From NCBI GenBank assembly GCA_013289395.1, contig JABCZY010000004.1, positions 1-44,142 of the forward strand: a DNA stretch of 44,142 bases, in the 5' to 3' direction. Both the position numbers and the translations under genes were made by a program. Position 1 is the stretch's first letter, and every line of letters starts with the position of its first letter. Below, piece by piece: positions 17,877 through 27,438 of this stretch. The notes beneath the pieces are model-generated. The model did no database searches. It was not told the DNA's origin and saw only the letters and a list, made by a program, of their open reading frames with translations. This DNA is from Bacteroidota bacterium (GTDB lineage Bacteria > Bacteroidota > Bacteroidia > JABEUT01).

Positions 17877-20405
17877 GTGAAAAAAATAGCAGCTATTTTA
17901 AGTTTTTGTATTCTATTGTTTGTATCAAATGCACAAACACTAAACCGGAGGCCAACAGCTGCATCAGGCAGTGCAATTGGAATGACATCAGGTGGCGGCA
18001 GTAAAGGATTTGGAGTCATTTTCCAATATGATATTGGAACCGGAAAAGACCATACTCCCACTCATTTTAATGGGAAAAAAATTGAACTTACTTATGGTAA
18101 CCCGCTGGGTAATCTTATACAAGCCTCTAACGGCAAATTATATGGCCTGACATGGTTTGGCGGGACTAAAGGGTATGGTGCAGCATTTTGCTACAACCCA
18201 AAAACCGGCAAGGATAGTGTAATTATTAGCTTCAATGGCCCTAATGGCGCTTACCCGGCAGGCAGTCTTTTTCAGGCGACTAATGGCTTACTGTATGGAA
18301 TGACCGATAGTGGAGGCGTTTCTAATAATGGGGTGTTCTTCAGCTATAATATAGCAACAGGGAAGGACAGTATTATTGTAAATTTTAACGATACAACCAA
18401 TGGTGCAAATCCAACCGGCAACCTTATACAGGCTAAAAATGGATGGTTATATGGAATGACGGCATGGGGTGGAGATAGCACTATTAAAGACGGCACTATT
18501 TTTACATACAATCCGGTTAGCGGAAAGGATTCACTGTTTCATGACTTCCAGTATAATGACGGTGTTTCACCTGAAGGTACATTGGTTCAGGCTTCAAATG
18601 GTTTATTATACGGGATGACATATGAGGGTACTTCATCTAACGATGGAGCACTTTTTGTAATAGACCCCATAACCGGCAAGGATAGTGTCATTTTTGGTTT
18701 CGATAGTGTGCACGGAAGATACCCTACATACAATACATTGATGCAGGCGAAAAATGGTATGCTTTATGGATTGGTATCTGAGGGTGGTAATAATGACGGC
18801 GGAGTGCTTTTTGCATTAGATCCTAAAAATGGCTTAGATACTACTGCTTTCCTTAGCCTTGATGATATAGGCGGAGATTACCCTAACGGAAGCCTTATGC
18901 AGGCAAAGAACGGCCTTCTTTATGGTATGACTACCCAGGGTGGTTATAGTAATTATGGAAGCCTTTTTATTTATGATCCTGTTTCGGGAATAGATAGCAT
19001 ATTATTTGATTTTAGCGGGAATAATGGTGCCTATCCATACGGAAGCCTGGTGCTCGATTCGAATGGATTATTGTATGGAATGACCTACAGTGGTGGTCAT
19101 TATGGATATGGTGTACTTTTCTGTTACAATACCATTACCCTTAAAGACAGTGTACTGTTTAACTTTAACGGAGCCGTTAGTAATAATAATTGTATGGTGC
19201 AGGGCACAGGCGGACTTTTATATGGAATGTCACTTGTAGGAGGTAATAATTTTTATGGTGATATTTTCAGTTTTGATCCAAACTCTGGTACTAATACAGT
19301 GATTTATAGTTTCGATAGTACCTCAGGCCAATATCCTTACTCAGGCCTTATTCAGGCTTCGAATGGCTTGCTTTATGGCATGACACAATATGGTGGTGCG
19401 AATAATGAGGGTGTTCTATTTAGTTATAATACAGGTAGCAATACAGAGGCTGTTGCAGTAAACTTTAACGATGCAAACGGTTCTTATCCGGAGGGGAATT
19501 TATTGCAGGCCTCAAATGGTTTGATTTATGGAATGACTCCTAATGGCGGAAGCAATGCGGAAGGTACTCTGTTTTACTATAACCCGGTATCGGGCAAAGA
19601 TAGTGTGATGGTTAATCTGTCGGATAATATCGGATTCTCTCCTTATGGTGGGGTAATACAGGCCAATGATGGCCTCCTTTACGGAATGACGAATAGCGGG
19701 GGGACTAATTATGATGGTGTGATATTTAGTTTTAATACAAAAACTAAATCATATAAGGCTCTGTACAGCTTCAATGATTCAACAAGCGGAGAAGCGCCTT
19801 ACGGTAACCTTGTTCAGGCTGAAGATAGCCTGTTATATGGAATGACATACTTTGGTGGCAAGCAGGGCGATGGAGTATTATTCAGTTTTAATACGAAGAC
19901 TAATAAAGAAATACCCTTAATGAATTTTAAAGGAGCAAATGGCGCAAACCCAACAGGAACATTGGTGTTAGATAGTGCAGGTACAACTCTTTATGGTACA
20001 ACATCTATCGGCGGGCAATCAAACTATGGTGTGCTCTTTAGTTATAATATACTTACCGGTAAAGATTCTGTTTTACTCAGCTTTAGTGATACTAACGGAG
20101 CTAACCCAACCAGCTTGCTTATTATAGGAGGTTTTGTTTCGGGTATTAATACAATAACTGAAACTCATGATGTAATAATGGTATATCCAAATCCTTTCAG
20201 GGATGCTGCTACGGTGCTCTTTAGTACAGCGGGAGAACATTATGTGGAAATGTATAGCCCGAGTGGTGAAATGATCAGGTCGCTATCATGCAATACTTCA
20301 CATTGCGAAATTTCGAGGAATAATCTTCCTGCAGGAATTTACTTCTTGAAATTCTATAATAGCAATCATGCTTTTGAATATACTTCCAAAATTATTATTC
20401 AATAA
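17877..20405 (+). CDS. Gloeo/Verruco (GloVer)-type repeat beta-propeller protein with T9SS type A C-terminal domain
   Basis: 14 repeats of about 50 aa (13 with L(L/I)YG(M/L/T) plus one degenerate; consensus P.G.L.QA.NGLLYGMT..GG...G.LF.Y). C-terminal VYPNP...GIYF...KIII. Confidence 0.85.
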   Translation: MKKIAAILSFCILLFVSNAQTLNRRPTAASGSAIGMTSGGGSKGFGVIFQYDIGTGKDHTPTHFNGKKIELTYGNPLGNLIQASNGKLYGLTWFGGTKGYGAAFCYNPKTGKDSVIISFNGPNGAYPAGSLFQATNGLLYGMTDSGGVSNNGVFFSYNIATGKDSIIVNFNDTTNGANPTGNLIQAKNGWLYGMTAWGGDSTIKDGTIFTYNPVSGKDSLFHDFQYNDGVSPEGTLVQASNGLLYGMTYEGTSSNDGALFVIDPITGKDSVIFGFDSVHGRYPTYNTLMQAKNGMLYGLVSEGGNNDGGVLFALDPKNGLDTTAFLSLDDIGGDYPNGSLMQAKNGLLYGMTTQGGYSNYGSLFIYDPVSGIDSILFDFSGNNGAYPYGSLVLDSNGLLYGMTYSGGHYGYGVLFCYNTITLKDSVLFNFNGAVSNNNCMVQGTGGLLYGMSLVGGNNFYGDIFSFDPNSGTNTVIYSFDSTSGQYPYSGLIQASNGLLYGMTQYGGANNEGVLFSYNTGSNTEAVAVNFNDANGSYPEGNLLQASNGLIYGMTPNGGSNAEGTLFYYNPVSGKDSVMVNLSDNIGFSPYGGVIQANDGLLYGMTNSGGTNYDGVIFSFNTKTKSYKALYSFNDSTSGEAPYGNLVQAEDSLLYGMTYFGGKQGDGVLFSFNTKTNKEIPLMNFKGANGANPTGTLVLDSAGTTLYGTTSIGGQSNYGVLFSYNILTGKDSVLLSFSDTNGANPTSLLIIGGFVSGINTITETHDVIMVYPNPFRDAATVLFSTAGEHYVEMYSPSGEMIRSLSCNTSHCEISRNNLPAGIYFLKFYNSNHAFEYTSKIIIQ

Positions 20406-20480
20406 GCTAGAGGATGTCTTTGGCGAATAGTGTAAATAAGAGATAGTTTCTATACGATCTTTAATCTTTATTAAAAACAC

Positions 20481-20508
20481 GAAAAGGCGCGAAAAGCGTC
20501 TTTTTTTT
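20481..20508. terminator. Terminator between the convergent propeller gene and tRNA-Cys
   Basis: aaaaggcgc-gaaaa-gcgtctttt hairpin flanked by A and T tracts. Confidence 0.65.
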
Positions 20509-20509
20509 G

Positions 20510-20580
20510 AGGTCCCGAGCGGATTCGAACCGCTGTACAAGGTTTTGCAGACCTCTGCCTAGCCACTCGGCCACAGGACC
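20510..20580 (-). tRNA. tRNA-Cys (GCA)
   Basis: Reverse complement GGTCCTGTGGCCGAGTGGCTAGGCAGAGGTCTGCAAAACCTTGTACAGCGGTTCGAATCCGCTCGGGACCT forms a cloverleaf with GCA anticodon and U discriminator; CCA not encoded. Confidence 0.97.
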
Positions 20581-20697
20581 TTTTTTCAAGGTAAATTGTT
20601 CCATTTGCCGTCTTATTCAACAAATTGGGAACCTTATTTCAATAAAAGTACTGTTTATCCGTTATCTGGCTGAACAGTACCTTTTTTACTTGGGCTG

Positions 20698-20728
20698 CAA
20701 ATGTAATAAAATTAACAATGTATCTTTG
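20698..20728. promoter_or_regulatory. Back-to-back -7 elements: TACATTTG (-, tRNA-Cys) and TATCTTTG (+, ABC transporter)
   Basis: caaatgta at 20698-20705 and tatctttg at 20721-20728. Confidence 0.6.
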
Positions 20729-20750
20729 AACCTTATTAACTTAAAATCAC

Positions 20751-22607
20751 TTGAAAGGACTACTTAAAATACTTCGGTATATAAAGGGCTATAAGCGCTT
20801 TGCTGTGTTAAACGTGATATTTAATATTCTGCAACTGGTGTTTTCCCTCTTTTCCCTCACCATGGTAATTCCACTTATTCAGCTATTATTTAACACCGAT
20901 CCGGCTGAATATGCAGAAACATTGAAAAAACTTCCTCCAGAGATTAGCATAGGGCATTTATCTCCTAAAAACTTAACCGAATATCTTAAATACCACATTA
21001 CCCAATCAATAGTAAATGGTGGCGCAGAACGGATACTACTTACAATATGTATTGTTTTTGTAATTGTTGTGCTACTCAAAAATCTATTCAGGTACCTGGC
21101 TATCTTTTATATGGCTCCCATCCGGAACGGAGTAGTTAAAGATATACGCAACGAAATATTCAGTAAAGTACTGGAGCTTCCTCTATCCTATTATTCTGAT
21201 GAGCGTAAAGGCGATATAATGTCGCGTATGACAACCGATGTGCAGGAGGTAGAATGGTCTATTATGCAATCCATTGAAATGCTTACGGTAAACCCATTGC
21301 AGATAATTATTTTCGTTGGCGCACTTATATTTATAAGCCCGCAACTTACCTTTTTTGTATTTGTTCTTTTACCGGTAACAGGTTTACTTATTGCCCGAAT
21401 AGCTAAAAGTCTTAAGCGCAGTTCCACCAAATCGAAAGAACAGATGGGCCGTATTTTTTCCATGATGGAAGAAACACTTAGTGGTTTACGCATTGTTAAA
21501 GCTTTTAATGCAGAAAATATTACCCGTACAAATTTTATTGAGGAGAATAATAATTACACTCACACTATGAATCGTGTGTATCGTAAAACTGACCTAGCTT
21601 CCCCGTTAAGTGAATTCTTAACTTCAATTGTTATAGCCGTTATTATGTATTTTGGTGGCAAACTGGTATGGAGCTCAGCACATACATTAAGTGGCGAACT
21701 GTTTGTATACTATCTGGTGGTTTTTTCACAGCTTATTCCTCCTGCTAAAGCTTTTACCCAGGCATATTATACGGTGCAAAAGGGAATGGCCTCGGTAGAA
21801 CGTATTGATAAAATAATTCAGAGTGAGGTTACTATTCGTGAGAAAGAAAATGCAATTACCATTAACTCATTCGATAAAGAAATAGAATATAAAAACGTAT
21901 CATTTGCATACCAGCGTGGCGATAATGGCTGGGCTTTGAAGGATGTAAACCTTAAAATACCTAAGGGCAAAACCATTGCAATTGTAGGGCAATCTGGCTC
22001 GGGAAAGAGCACCCTGGTAGATATGCTTCCGCGTTTTTACGACCCCACCGATGGCGAAATAACTATTGATGGTAAACCGCTTAAAGACCTTACACTTACC
22101 AGTATTCGTAACCTGATGGGTATTGTTACGCAGGAGAGCATTTTGTTCAACGATACGGTAAAGAACAACATTGCCTTTGGCATGAAAAACATTACCACCG
22201 AACAGGTTATAGAAGCAGCCAAAGTAGCCAATGCGCACGATTTTATAATGCGCATGGAAAATGGCTACGAAACAAATATTGGTGACAGGGGAAGTAAACT
22301 ATCGGGTGGTGAACGCCAACGTATGAGCATAGCACGTGCCATTCTGAAGAATCCACCTGTACTAATATTAGATGAAGCGACATCAGCACTCGATACTGAA
22401 TCGGAAAGGCTTGTGCAAGATGCCCTTACCAAGCTTATGGCACACCGTACTTCTATAGTAATTGCACACAGGCTTTCTACCATTAAAAATGCCGACGAAA
22501 TTATAGTTATGCAAAAGAGCCTTATAGTTGAAAGAGGTACACATGCTGAGCTTTTGACCCATAACGGCACGTATAAAAAGCTGTACGACCTGCAAAGTTT
22601 TGTATAA
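20751..22607 (+). CDS. msbA: ABC transporter, fused permease/ATPase, MsbA-like
   Basis: TM domain followed by GQSGSGKS, LSGGERQR, ILDEATSALD and IAHRLST. The symbol is tentative. Confidence 0.85.
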   Translation: MKGLLKILRYIKGYKRFAVLNVIFNILQLVFSLFSLTMVIPLIQLLFNTDPAEYAETLKKLPPEISIGHLSPKNLTEYLKYHITQSIVNGGAERILLTICIVFVIVVLLKNLFRYLAIFYMAPIRNGVVKDIRNEIFSKVLELPLSYYSDERKGDIMSRMTTDVQEVEWSIMQSIEMLTVNPLQIIIFVGALIFISPQLTFFVFVLLPVTGLLIARIAKSLKRSSTKSKEQMGRIFSMMEETLSGLRIVKAFNAENITRTNFIEENNNYTHTMNRVYRKTDLASPLSEFLTSIVIAVIMYFGGKLVWSSAHTLSGELFVYYLVVFSQLIPPAKAFTQAYYTVQKGMASVERIDKIIQSEVTIREKENAITINSFDKEIEYKNVSFAYQRGDNGWALKDVNLKIPKGKTIAIVGQSGSGKSTLVDMLPRFYDPTDGEITIDGKPLKDLTLTSIRNLMGIVTQESILFNDTVKNNIAFGMKNITTEQVIEAAKVANAHDFIMRMENGYETNIGDRGSKLSGGERQRMSIARAILKNPPVLILDEATSALDTESERLVQDALTKLMAHRTSIVIAHRLSTIKNADEIIVMQKSLIVERGTHAELLTHNGTYKKLYDLQSFV

Positions 22608-22663
22608 TCTGCACAGATTATGAAAAATTCACTACTTTCGTGGTCCTTAAAAAAAGCATCAAT

Positions 22664-22747
22664 GCCCGGATGGCGGAACCGGTAGACGCGCTGGTCTCAA
22701 AAACCAGTTCTTTCACGAGAATGCCGGTTCGATTCCGGCTCCGGGTA
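22664..22747 (+). tRNA. tRNA-Leu (CAA)
   Basis: GCCCGGA/TCCGGGT acceptor stem, CTGGT-CTCAAAA-ACCAG anticodon arm, long variable arm and GTTCGATTC T-loop. Confidence 0.97.
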
Positions 22748-22819
22748 CTGAAGCAAATTTCTTTTCAACTCTTAGCTAATTTTCGGCATTTACAAGTAAA
22801 GATGTAGGTTTGTCTTATT

Positions 22820-23884
22820 ATGCCAAGCCAAATGACGAAATATTTAAATCACATTTACCCGCTGCTTATCTTATTAGTTTTTTTCCCTTCCTGCAAGGGA
22901 CAAGATCAAAAATCAATTGAAAACAAATCTGAACAGGTTGCCAAGGCAATTGCAGGCGATACAGTTTCTGAAATTGGCGGGGCTATCCGTTGCATTTTTC
23001 AAGACTCCAAAAATAACTTTTGGTTTGCTACCGATGGAGAAGGCGTGTTTAAATATGACGGAAAAAAAATGGTACAATTTACAAGCAAGCATGGACTCAG
23101 CTCGAATTTTGTTTGGAATGTTCAGGAAGGTAAGAATGGAAATATCTGGCTCAAAACAAAGGATGGCATTTGCTATTTTGACGGCAAAGAATTTAAAACA
23201 ATCCCGGCCGATACTTCTGCTCTTCAAACAACGAATTATAACTATCTGAATGATGAATTGTTAGTTGAATACTATTACAATGGGAAATCACTGGTAAAAA
23301 TTCAATTACCTAAAACTTCACCACTTAAGAATGATAATAATTCCCGATTTCAATATGACATTTATTGCACCTGCAAAGATAGAAATGGTAATTTGTGGTT
23401 CGGAACCTGCACCGCGGGTGTTTGCAAATACGATGGAAAAACGTACACCTGGCTTGACAATAAAGAGTTAGGTGCCCCGGTCCGGTCAATTTTTGAAGAT
23501 AAAAACGGAACTATTTGGATGGGCAATAATGGATACGGCCTGTTTCGGTACGATGGGAAAAGTTTGACCAACATTACAAAAGAAAAGAAACTGGAAAACC
23601 CGAATTTCATAAAAACTTTTGAGAGCAAAGAAGGCACTTTGGCTCGTGTCTGGACAATTACAGACGACAAACAAGGAAACCTTTGGGTAGGAACAATAGA
23701 TGCAGGAGCTTGGATGTTTGATGGCAAAACGTTAACCAATTTTACAACTAAAGATGGGCTTGGCAGCGATAATATCTGGACAATCTATAAAGACAAAAAC
23801 AATAATCTTTGGTTTGGAACAGACGGAGCTGGAGTTTATACTTTTAACGGAAAGACATTTCAAAAATTCCGCCTAACAAAGTAA
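22820..23884 (+). CDS. Lipoprotein with two-component-regulator (Reg_prop) propeller repeats
   Basis: Lipobox-like FFPSCKGQ; repeats of D..GN.WFGT...G...YDGK; no kinase domain. Confidence 0.8.
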   Translation: MPSQMTKYLNHIYPLLILLVFFPSCKGQDQKSIENKSEQVAKAIAGDTVSEIGGAIRCIFQDSKNNFWFATDGEGVFKYDGKKMVQFTSKHGLSSNFVWNVQEGKNGNIWLKTKDGICYFDGKEFKTIPADTSALQTTNYNYLNDELLVEYYYNGKSLVKIQLPKTSPLKNDNNSRFQYDIYCTCKDRNGNLWFGTCTAGVCKYDGKTYTWLDNKELGAPVRSIFEDKNGTIWMGNNGYGLFRYDGKSLTNITKEKKLENPNFIKTFESKEGTLARVWTITDDKQGNLWVGTIDAGAWMFDGKTLTNFTTKDGLGSDNIWTIYKDKNNNLWFGTDGAGVYTFNGKTFQKFRLTK

Positions 23885-23989
23885 GTTAATCACCCGGAAA
23901 TTTGCAGTAATTATCTATCGATTTTCCTGCCATTGAAAATCACCTAAAAAGTTCGATATTGGGTACCCACCGGATGCTCAAAGTGTAAG

Positions 23990-24898
23990 TCATTTATTTT
24001 TCATAACCTTTTTCATACGTGAAGGCTTACCTTTACCTTTGGTGATAAGATTCCGTAAACTCTGCTTTAAATATTCACCCCATGCATCAGAACAGGTTAC
24101 GTAGCACTCAATCTCCGGAACTAAACCTTTGTGTGTAAACAGGATTTGTGTATTGCTATCCTTATCCGAGATTTCCCAGATCAATTTCGTGCCTTTCCAC
24201 TCTTTCTTGTTTTTAAGCCATGGTTTATTACAATCTGTAACAAACCAAACTATTTTTTTTCCGGGAACTAATTCGGTTACTTTCATCGTTATGTAAACTT
24301 CTCCGAATCGCACAGTAAAAATATCGTTCTGCTTTCTCAAACTCCCTTCCACGTCTTCGGTCCACCAGCTGTGAACATTATTGATTGCATTGAATGCTTC
24401 CTTATGCGATGTTGTAACAATAATAGTTGCTGTATAATCCTTCTGTTTAACCTTCTCTTTTTTATTCGGATTGCCTTTACCTTTGGTTATCAAGTTCCGC
24501 AAGCTTTGCGTTGCATATTCTCCCCAGGCATTGGAACATATCTCATAACATTCGTAAGCGGGAACTAGTCCCTGGTGGGTAAAGCGGATTTGCGTCTTCT
24601 TCTCTTTTTTAGAGATTTCGAAAATAATTTTTGTGTCTTTCCATTCGCTTTTATCTTTTGTAAAACTAAAATAGTTGTCCAGTACAAGCCACACTACTTT
24701 TTCATTCGGAATGACCTCTATTAATTTCATCCGGCAATTGTGCACGTCTTTATAATGGTAGGTAAACTCATCATTGAGTTTTTCCGTATTGCCTTCAATT
24801 TCTTCACTCCACCATCCACGAGGGTTAGTTATTGCTTTGAATGCTTCTGCCGTGGTATTGTCTACCAATATTGTAGCTGTAAAATCTTTCGTTTTCAT
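23990..24898 (-). CDS. Tandem SRPBCC/AHSA1 (START-like) domain protein
   Basis: Two homologous halves of about 150 aa (GWWSEEIEG / SWWTEDVEG; FTHQGLVP.YECY / FTHKGLVP.IECY; both end LRNLITKGKG). Confidence 0.85.
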   Translation of the reverse strand: MKTKDFTATILVDNTTAEAFKAITNPRGWWSEEIEGNTEKLNDEFTYHYKDVHNCRMKLIEVIPNEKVVWLVLDNYFSFTKDKSEWKDTKIIFEISKKEKKTQIRFTHQGLVPAYECYEICSNAWGEYATQSLRNLITKGKGNPNKKEKVKQKDYTATIIVTTSHKEAFNAINNVHSWWTEDVEGSLRKQNDIFTVRFGEVYITMKVTELVPGKKIVWFVTDCNKPWLKNKKEWKGTKLIWEISDKDSNTQILFTHKGLVPEIECYVTCSDAWGEYLKQSLRNLITKGKGKPSRMKKVMKNK

Positions 24899-24927
24899 TT
24901 TGTTTATGTTTTTGATTGTCGGATTTT

Positions 24928-25512
24928 TTAATTTTTATTGTACTTAACGCTATTATGCATTTTATACTGGATGATATGCACGCCCGATTTTAATTGTATG
25001 CTATTTACATATTTAAGCGACAATGGGGTGTCCAGTTTCAGTTTGTCGGAAAGGCGCACACTACCGTGACCGGCGATGTGAGGCTGAATGCAGAAGTAAA
25101 AGTCATCTATTAACTTCATTTCCGTTAATGCCGCAACCAGGCTCAAACTGCCTACTGTAAGCAATCCCTTTTTACCCTCCTCCTTATAAGAGTTAATATG
25201 TTCCGCATCTATTTTTTCAACAATAGTGGAATTGCTCCATACAGTCGTTTTCAATGCCGATGAGTAAATCACCTTTGGTATATCTGTCAGTGCCCTTGCC
25301 AATTTCCTTTGACCTTCGGTTGCATTTTCATTTTCCAGTCTGGGTGGCCAGATATTTTGAAATAGTTCGAACGTGTTGCGCCCAAAGGCAACTGTCGCGC
25401 TGTTCGATAGAAGGCTCCGGGCAAACTCATGAAATTCGTCATCGACAATTAGAAATTTAGCATCTGCAAAGCCATCCGGCGTGGTATTCATTAAACTGAC
25501 TATTTTTCCCAT
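24928..25512 (-). CDS. Dihydrofolate reductase / RibD C-terminal family protein
   Basis: MGKIVSLMNTTPDGF, FGRNTF, PKVIYS and IDDF..CIQP. ATG at 25512 preferred. Confidence 0.82.
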   Translation of the reverse strand: MGKIVSLMNTTPDGFADAKFLIVDDEFHEFARSLLSNSATVAFGRNTFELFQNIWPPRLENENATEGQRKLARALTDIPKVIYSSALKTTVWSNSTIVEKIDAEHINSYKEEGKKGLLTVGSLSLVAALTEMKLIDDFYFCIQPHIAGHGSVRLSDKLKLDTPLSLKYVNSIQLKSGVHIIQYKMHNSVKYNKN

Positions 25513-25564
25513 GCTATTTTTAGATTTAATTAAACTATTAATTATTGACTTCAAATTGACGATA

Positions 25565-25651
25565 CAAAAGTACTATCGTAATTTGATACCAGTAGGGTGT
25601 AAAATAGACAATGTAATGGGTTGATTTGGACAAGGCAAAGTAATATCTTTG
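25565..25651. promoter_or_regulatory. Divergent promoters with a putative AraC-type direct-repeat operator
   Basis: TACTTTTG (-, 25565-25572) and TATCTTTG (+, 25644-25651). Between them GGGT...GACAA occurs twice, with the GACAA copies 22 bp apart. Confidence 0.5.
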
Positions 25652-25670
25652 CTACTCAAAATCGAATACC

Positions 25671-26648
25671 ATGAAACAAGTAATTATAGTTGTGCCTAAA
25701 GGGAACATTAACATAAGTAGCATTACAGGCTCATTTGAAATACTTACACGTGCAAACCAATATTGGCAAAAGTTGGGGAATAAACCCATGTGGGAAGTAC
25801 GTATAGCCGGTTACGTTAAAGAGCTAAACTTAGGTGAGGGTTTCTTTTCGCTCCATCCAATAGATATTAAGGAAATAGCCAAAACCGACTTAGTTATCAT
25901 TCCTTCCCTTACGTACGACTATGATTATGTACTGAAAGAGAATAAAGCACTTATTGCCTGGCTTACAAAACAATATAAAAGCGGCGCCGAAATTGCAAGC
26001 ATCTGCACCGGTGCATTTTTACTAGCCTCTACCGGCTTGCTTGATGGAAAGAGCTGCTCTACACACTGGAATGCGGCAGCTGATTTCAGAAGGTTATTCC
26101 CCAATATCGACCTGCAAATTGATAAGTTGATTGTTTCTGAACCTGGTATATATACAAATGGCGGAGCTTATTCATTTTTAAATCTGATACTATTTTTGAT
26201 TGAAAAATATTTTGACAAGCAAACTGCTATTTATTGCTCAAAGGTTTTTCAGATCGATATGGAGCGGACATCGCAATCACGGTTTTTTATTTTTCAGGCA
26301 CAGAAAAACCATGGCGATGAATTGATACATAAAGCGCAAAAATATATTGAAGAGCATTTGACCGAACGTATATCTTTTGAAGAATTAGCTTCGAAACTGG
26401 CCATTAGCAGGCGGAATTTTGACAGGCGCTTTATAAAAGCTACGGGCAATACTCCGGTAGAATACTTGCAGCGTGTAAAAGTGGAAATCGCAAAAAGCAC
26501 ACTGGAAAAAGGTCGGAAAACCATTTTCGAAGTAATGAATGACGTAGGCTATGCAGATGACAAAGCATTTCGTGAAGTGTTTAGAAAAATAACAGGAATG
26601 TCACCATTGGAATATAAGGGGAAGTATAATAAGGAAGTTGTAGTTTAA
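25671..26648 (+). CDS. GlxA-family transcriptional regulator (DJ-1/PfpI + AraC HTH)
   Basis: SICTGAFLLA..GLLDGK.C.THW; C-terminal R.F.RRF..ATG.TP..Y and VGY.D...FR. Confidence 0.92.
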   Translation: MKQVIIVVPKGNINISSITGSFEILTRANQYWQKLGNKPMWEVRIAGYVKELNLGEGFFSLHPIDIKEIAKTDLVIIPSLTYDYDYVLKENKALIAWLTKQYKSGAEIASICTGAFLLASTGLLDGKSCSTHWNAAADFRRLFPNIDLQIDKLIVSEPGIYTNGGAYSFLNLILFLIEKYFDKQTAIYCSKVFQIDMERTSQSRFFIFQAQKNHGDELIHKAQKYIEEHLTERISFEELASKLAISRRNFDRRFIKATGNTPVEYLQRVKVEIAKSTLEKGRKTIFEVMNDVGYADDKAFREVFRKITGMSPLEYKGKYNKEVVV

Positions 26649-26679
26649 CTAATCTGTTTCCTTTAGATTTAGTATTTGC

Positions 26680-27438
26680 TTACCAGCTTCCGCTGGCACC
26701 ACCGCCGCCAAAGCTACCGCCACCAAATCCACCGAAGCCACCACCGCCGCCACCTCCAAAACCACCACCTGAGCCACCGCCGCCCATAAATATGAATGGC
26801 AAGAAACCTCCGCTACCATAGTGCCCGCTTCTTCCACCACCGCCTGAGAATATGGAGAAGATGATAAAAAGAAGAATTATTGCGAGAATGAAATACTTGC
26901 TGTAATCTTTTGCAGTAACAGGTGTATCTGCTTTAAACTCGCCCCTCATGGCCTGCATAATAGCTGTAGTAGCAAGGTCAAGCCCCTGGTAATAATTTTG
27001 CTGCCGGAAGTTAGGCGTAATGAACTGTTCAATTATATGCTTTGCAGTTACGTCAGGAACGGCTCCCTCTGCTCCCCTACCTGTAGCTATATTTACACCA
27101 TGCGGTTGCATGGCAATGGTTATAAGTATGCCGTTATCTTTTTGCTTCTTCCCTATTCCCCAGTAGTCACCAAGCCTTGCACCAAACTCTGCAATATCAT
27201 CATCAACCGATGGCACAATAACAATAGTTATTTGTGTGGATGTGGAATCATTATACGCAACCAGTTTGCGTTCCAGTATTTGAACCTGGTCGCTTGAAAG
27301 TATATTGGCATAATCGTTCACCAGCCTTGGTGGGTTCGGCTTAGCTGGCAGGTCTTTATTATTCTGGGCATACAGGCTACCAATGGCAAGCCACATGAAA
27401 ACAAACAATGATACTATTTTCTTTATGTATGTTTTCAC
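26680..27438 (-). CDS. TPM-domain protein (YgcG-like) with Gly-rich tail
   Basis: VNDYANIL, WGIG...DNGIL, TM segment and GGFGGFGGGSFGGGGASGSW end. Confidence 0.9.
   Translation of the reverse strand: MKTYIKKIVSLFVFMWLAIGSLYAQNNKDLPAKPNPPRLVNDYANILSSDQVQILERKLVAYNDSTSTQITIVIVPSVDDDIAEFGARLGDYWGIGKKQKDNGILITIAMQPHGVNIATGRGAEGAVPDVTAKHIIEQFITPNFRQQNYYQGLDLATTAIMQAMRGEFKADTPVTAKDYSKYFILAIILLFIIFSIFSGGGGRSGHYGSGGFLPFIFMGGGGSGGGFGGGGGGGFGGFGGGSFGGGGASGSW

Larger units (their letters stand above)
15417..20523. mobile_element. Putative relic island at the tRNA-Cys 3' end (no integrase retained)
   Basis: Two accessory genes bracketed by the tRNA and a same-orientation tRNA 3' fragment ending at the T-loop. 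Confidence 0.4.

Noticed and set aside
17877-20405. Periodic DNA repeats as a CRISPR array or DGR
   Set aside because: They are degenerate in-frame protein repeats; no identical repeats, cas genes or reverse transcriptase.
20507-20767. 86-aa ORF starting MRSRADSNRCTRFCRPLP
   Set aside because: Antisense translation of tRNA-Cys.
23951-23966. gttcgat...gggtac as a tRNA-Leu att duplicate
   Set aside because: Only two short blocks match with the middle missing; compatible with chance.
26680-26850. GC-rich ccaccgcc repeats
   Set aside because: They encode the ordinary Gly-rich tail of the TPM protein.
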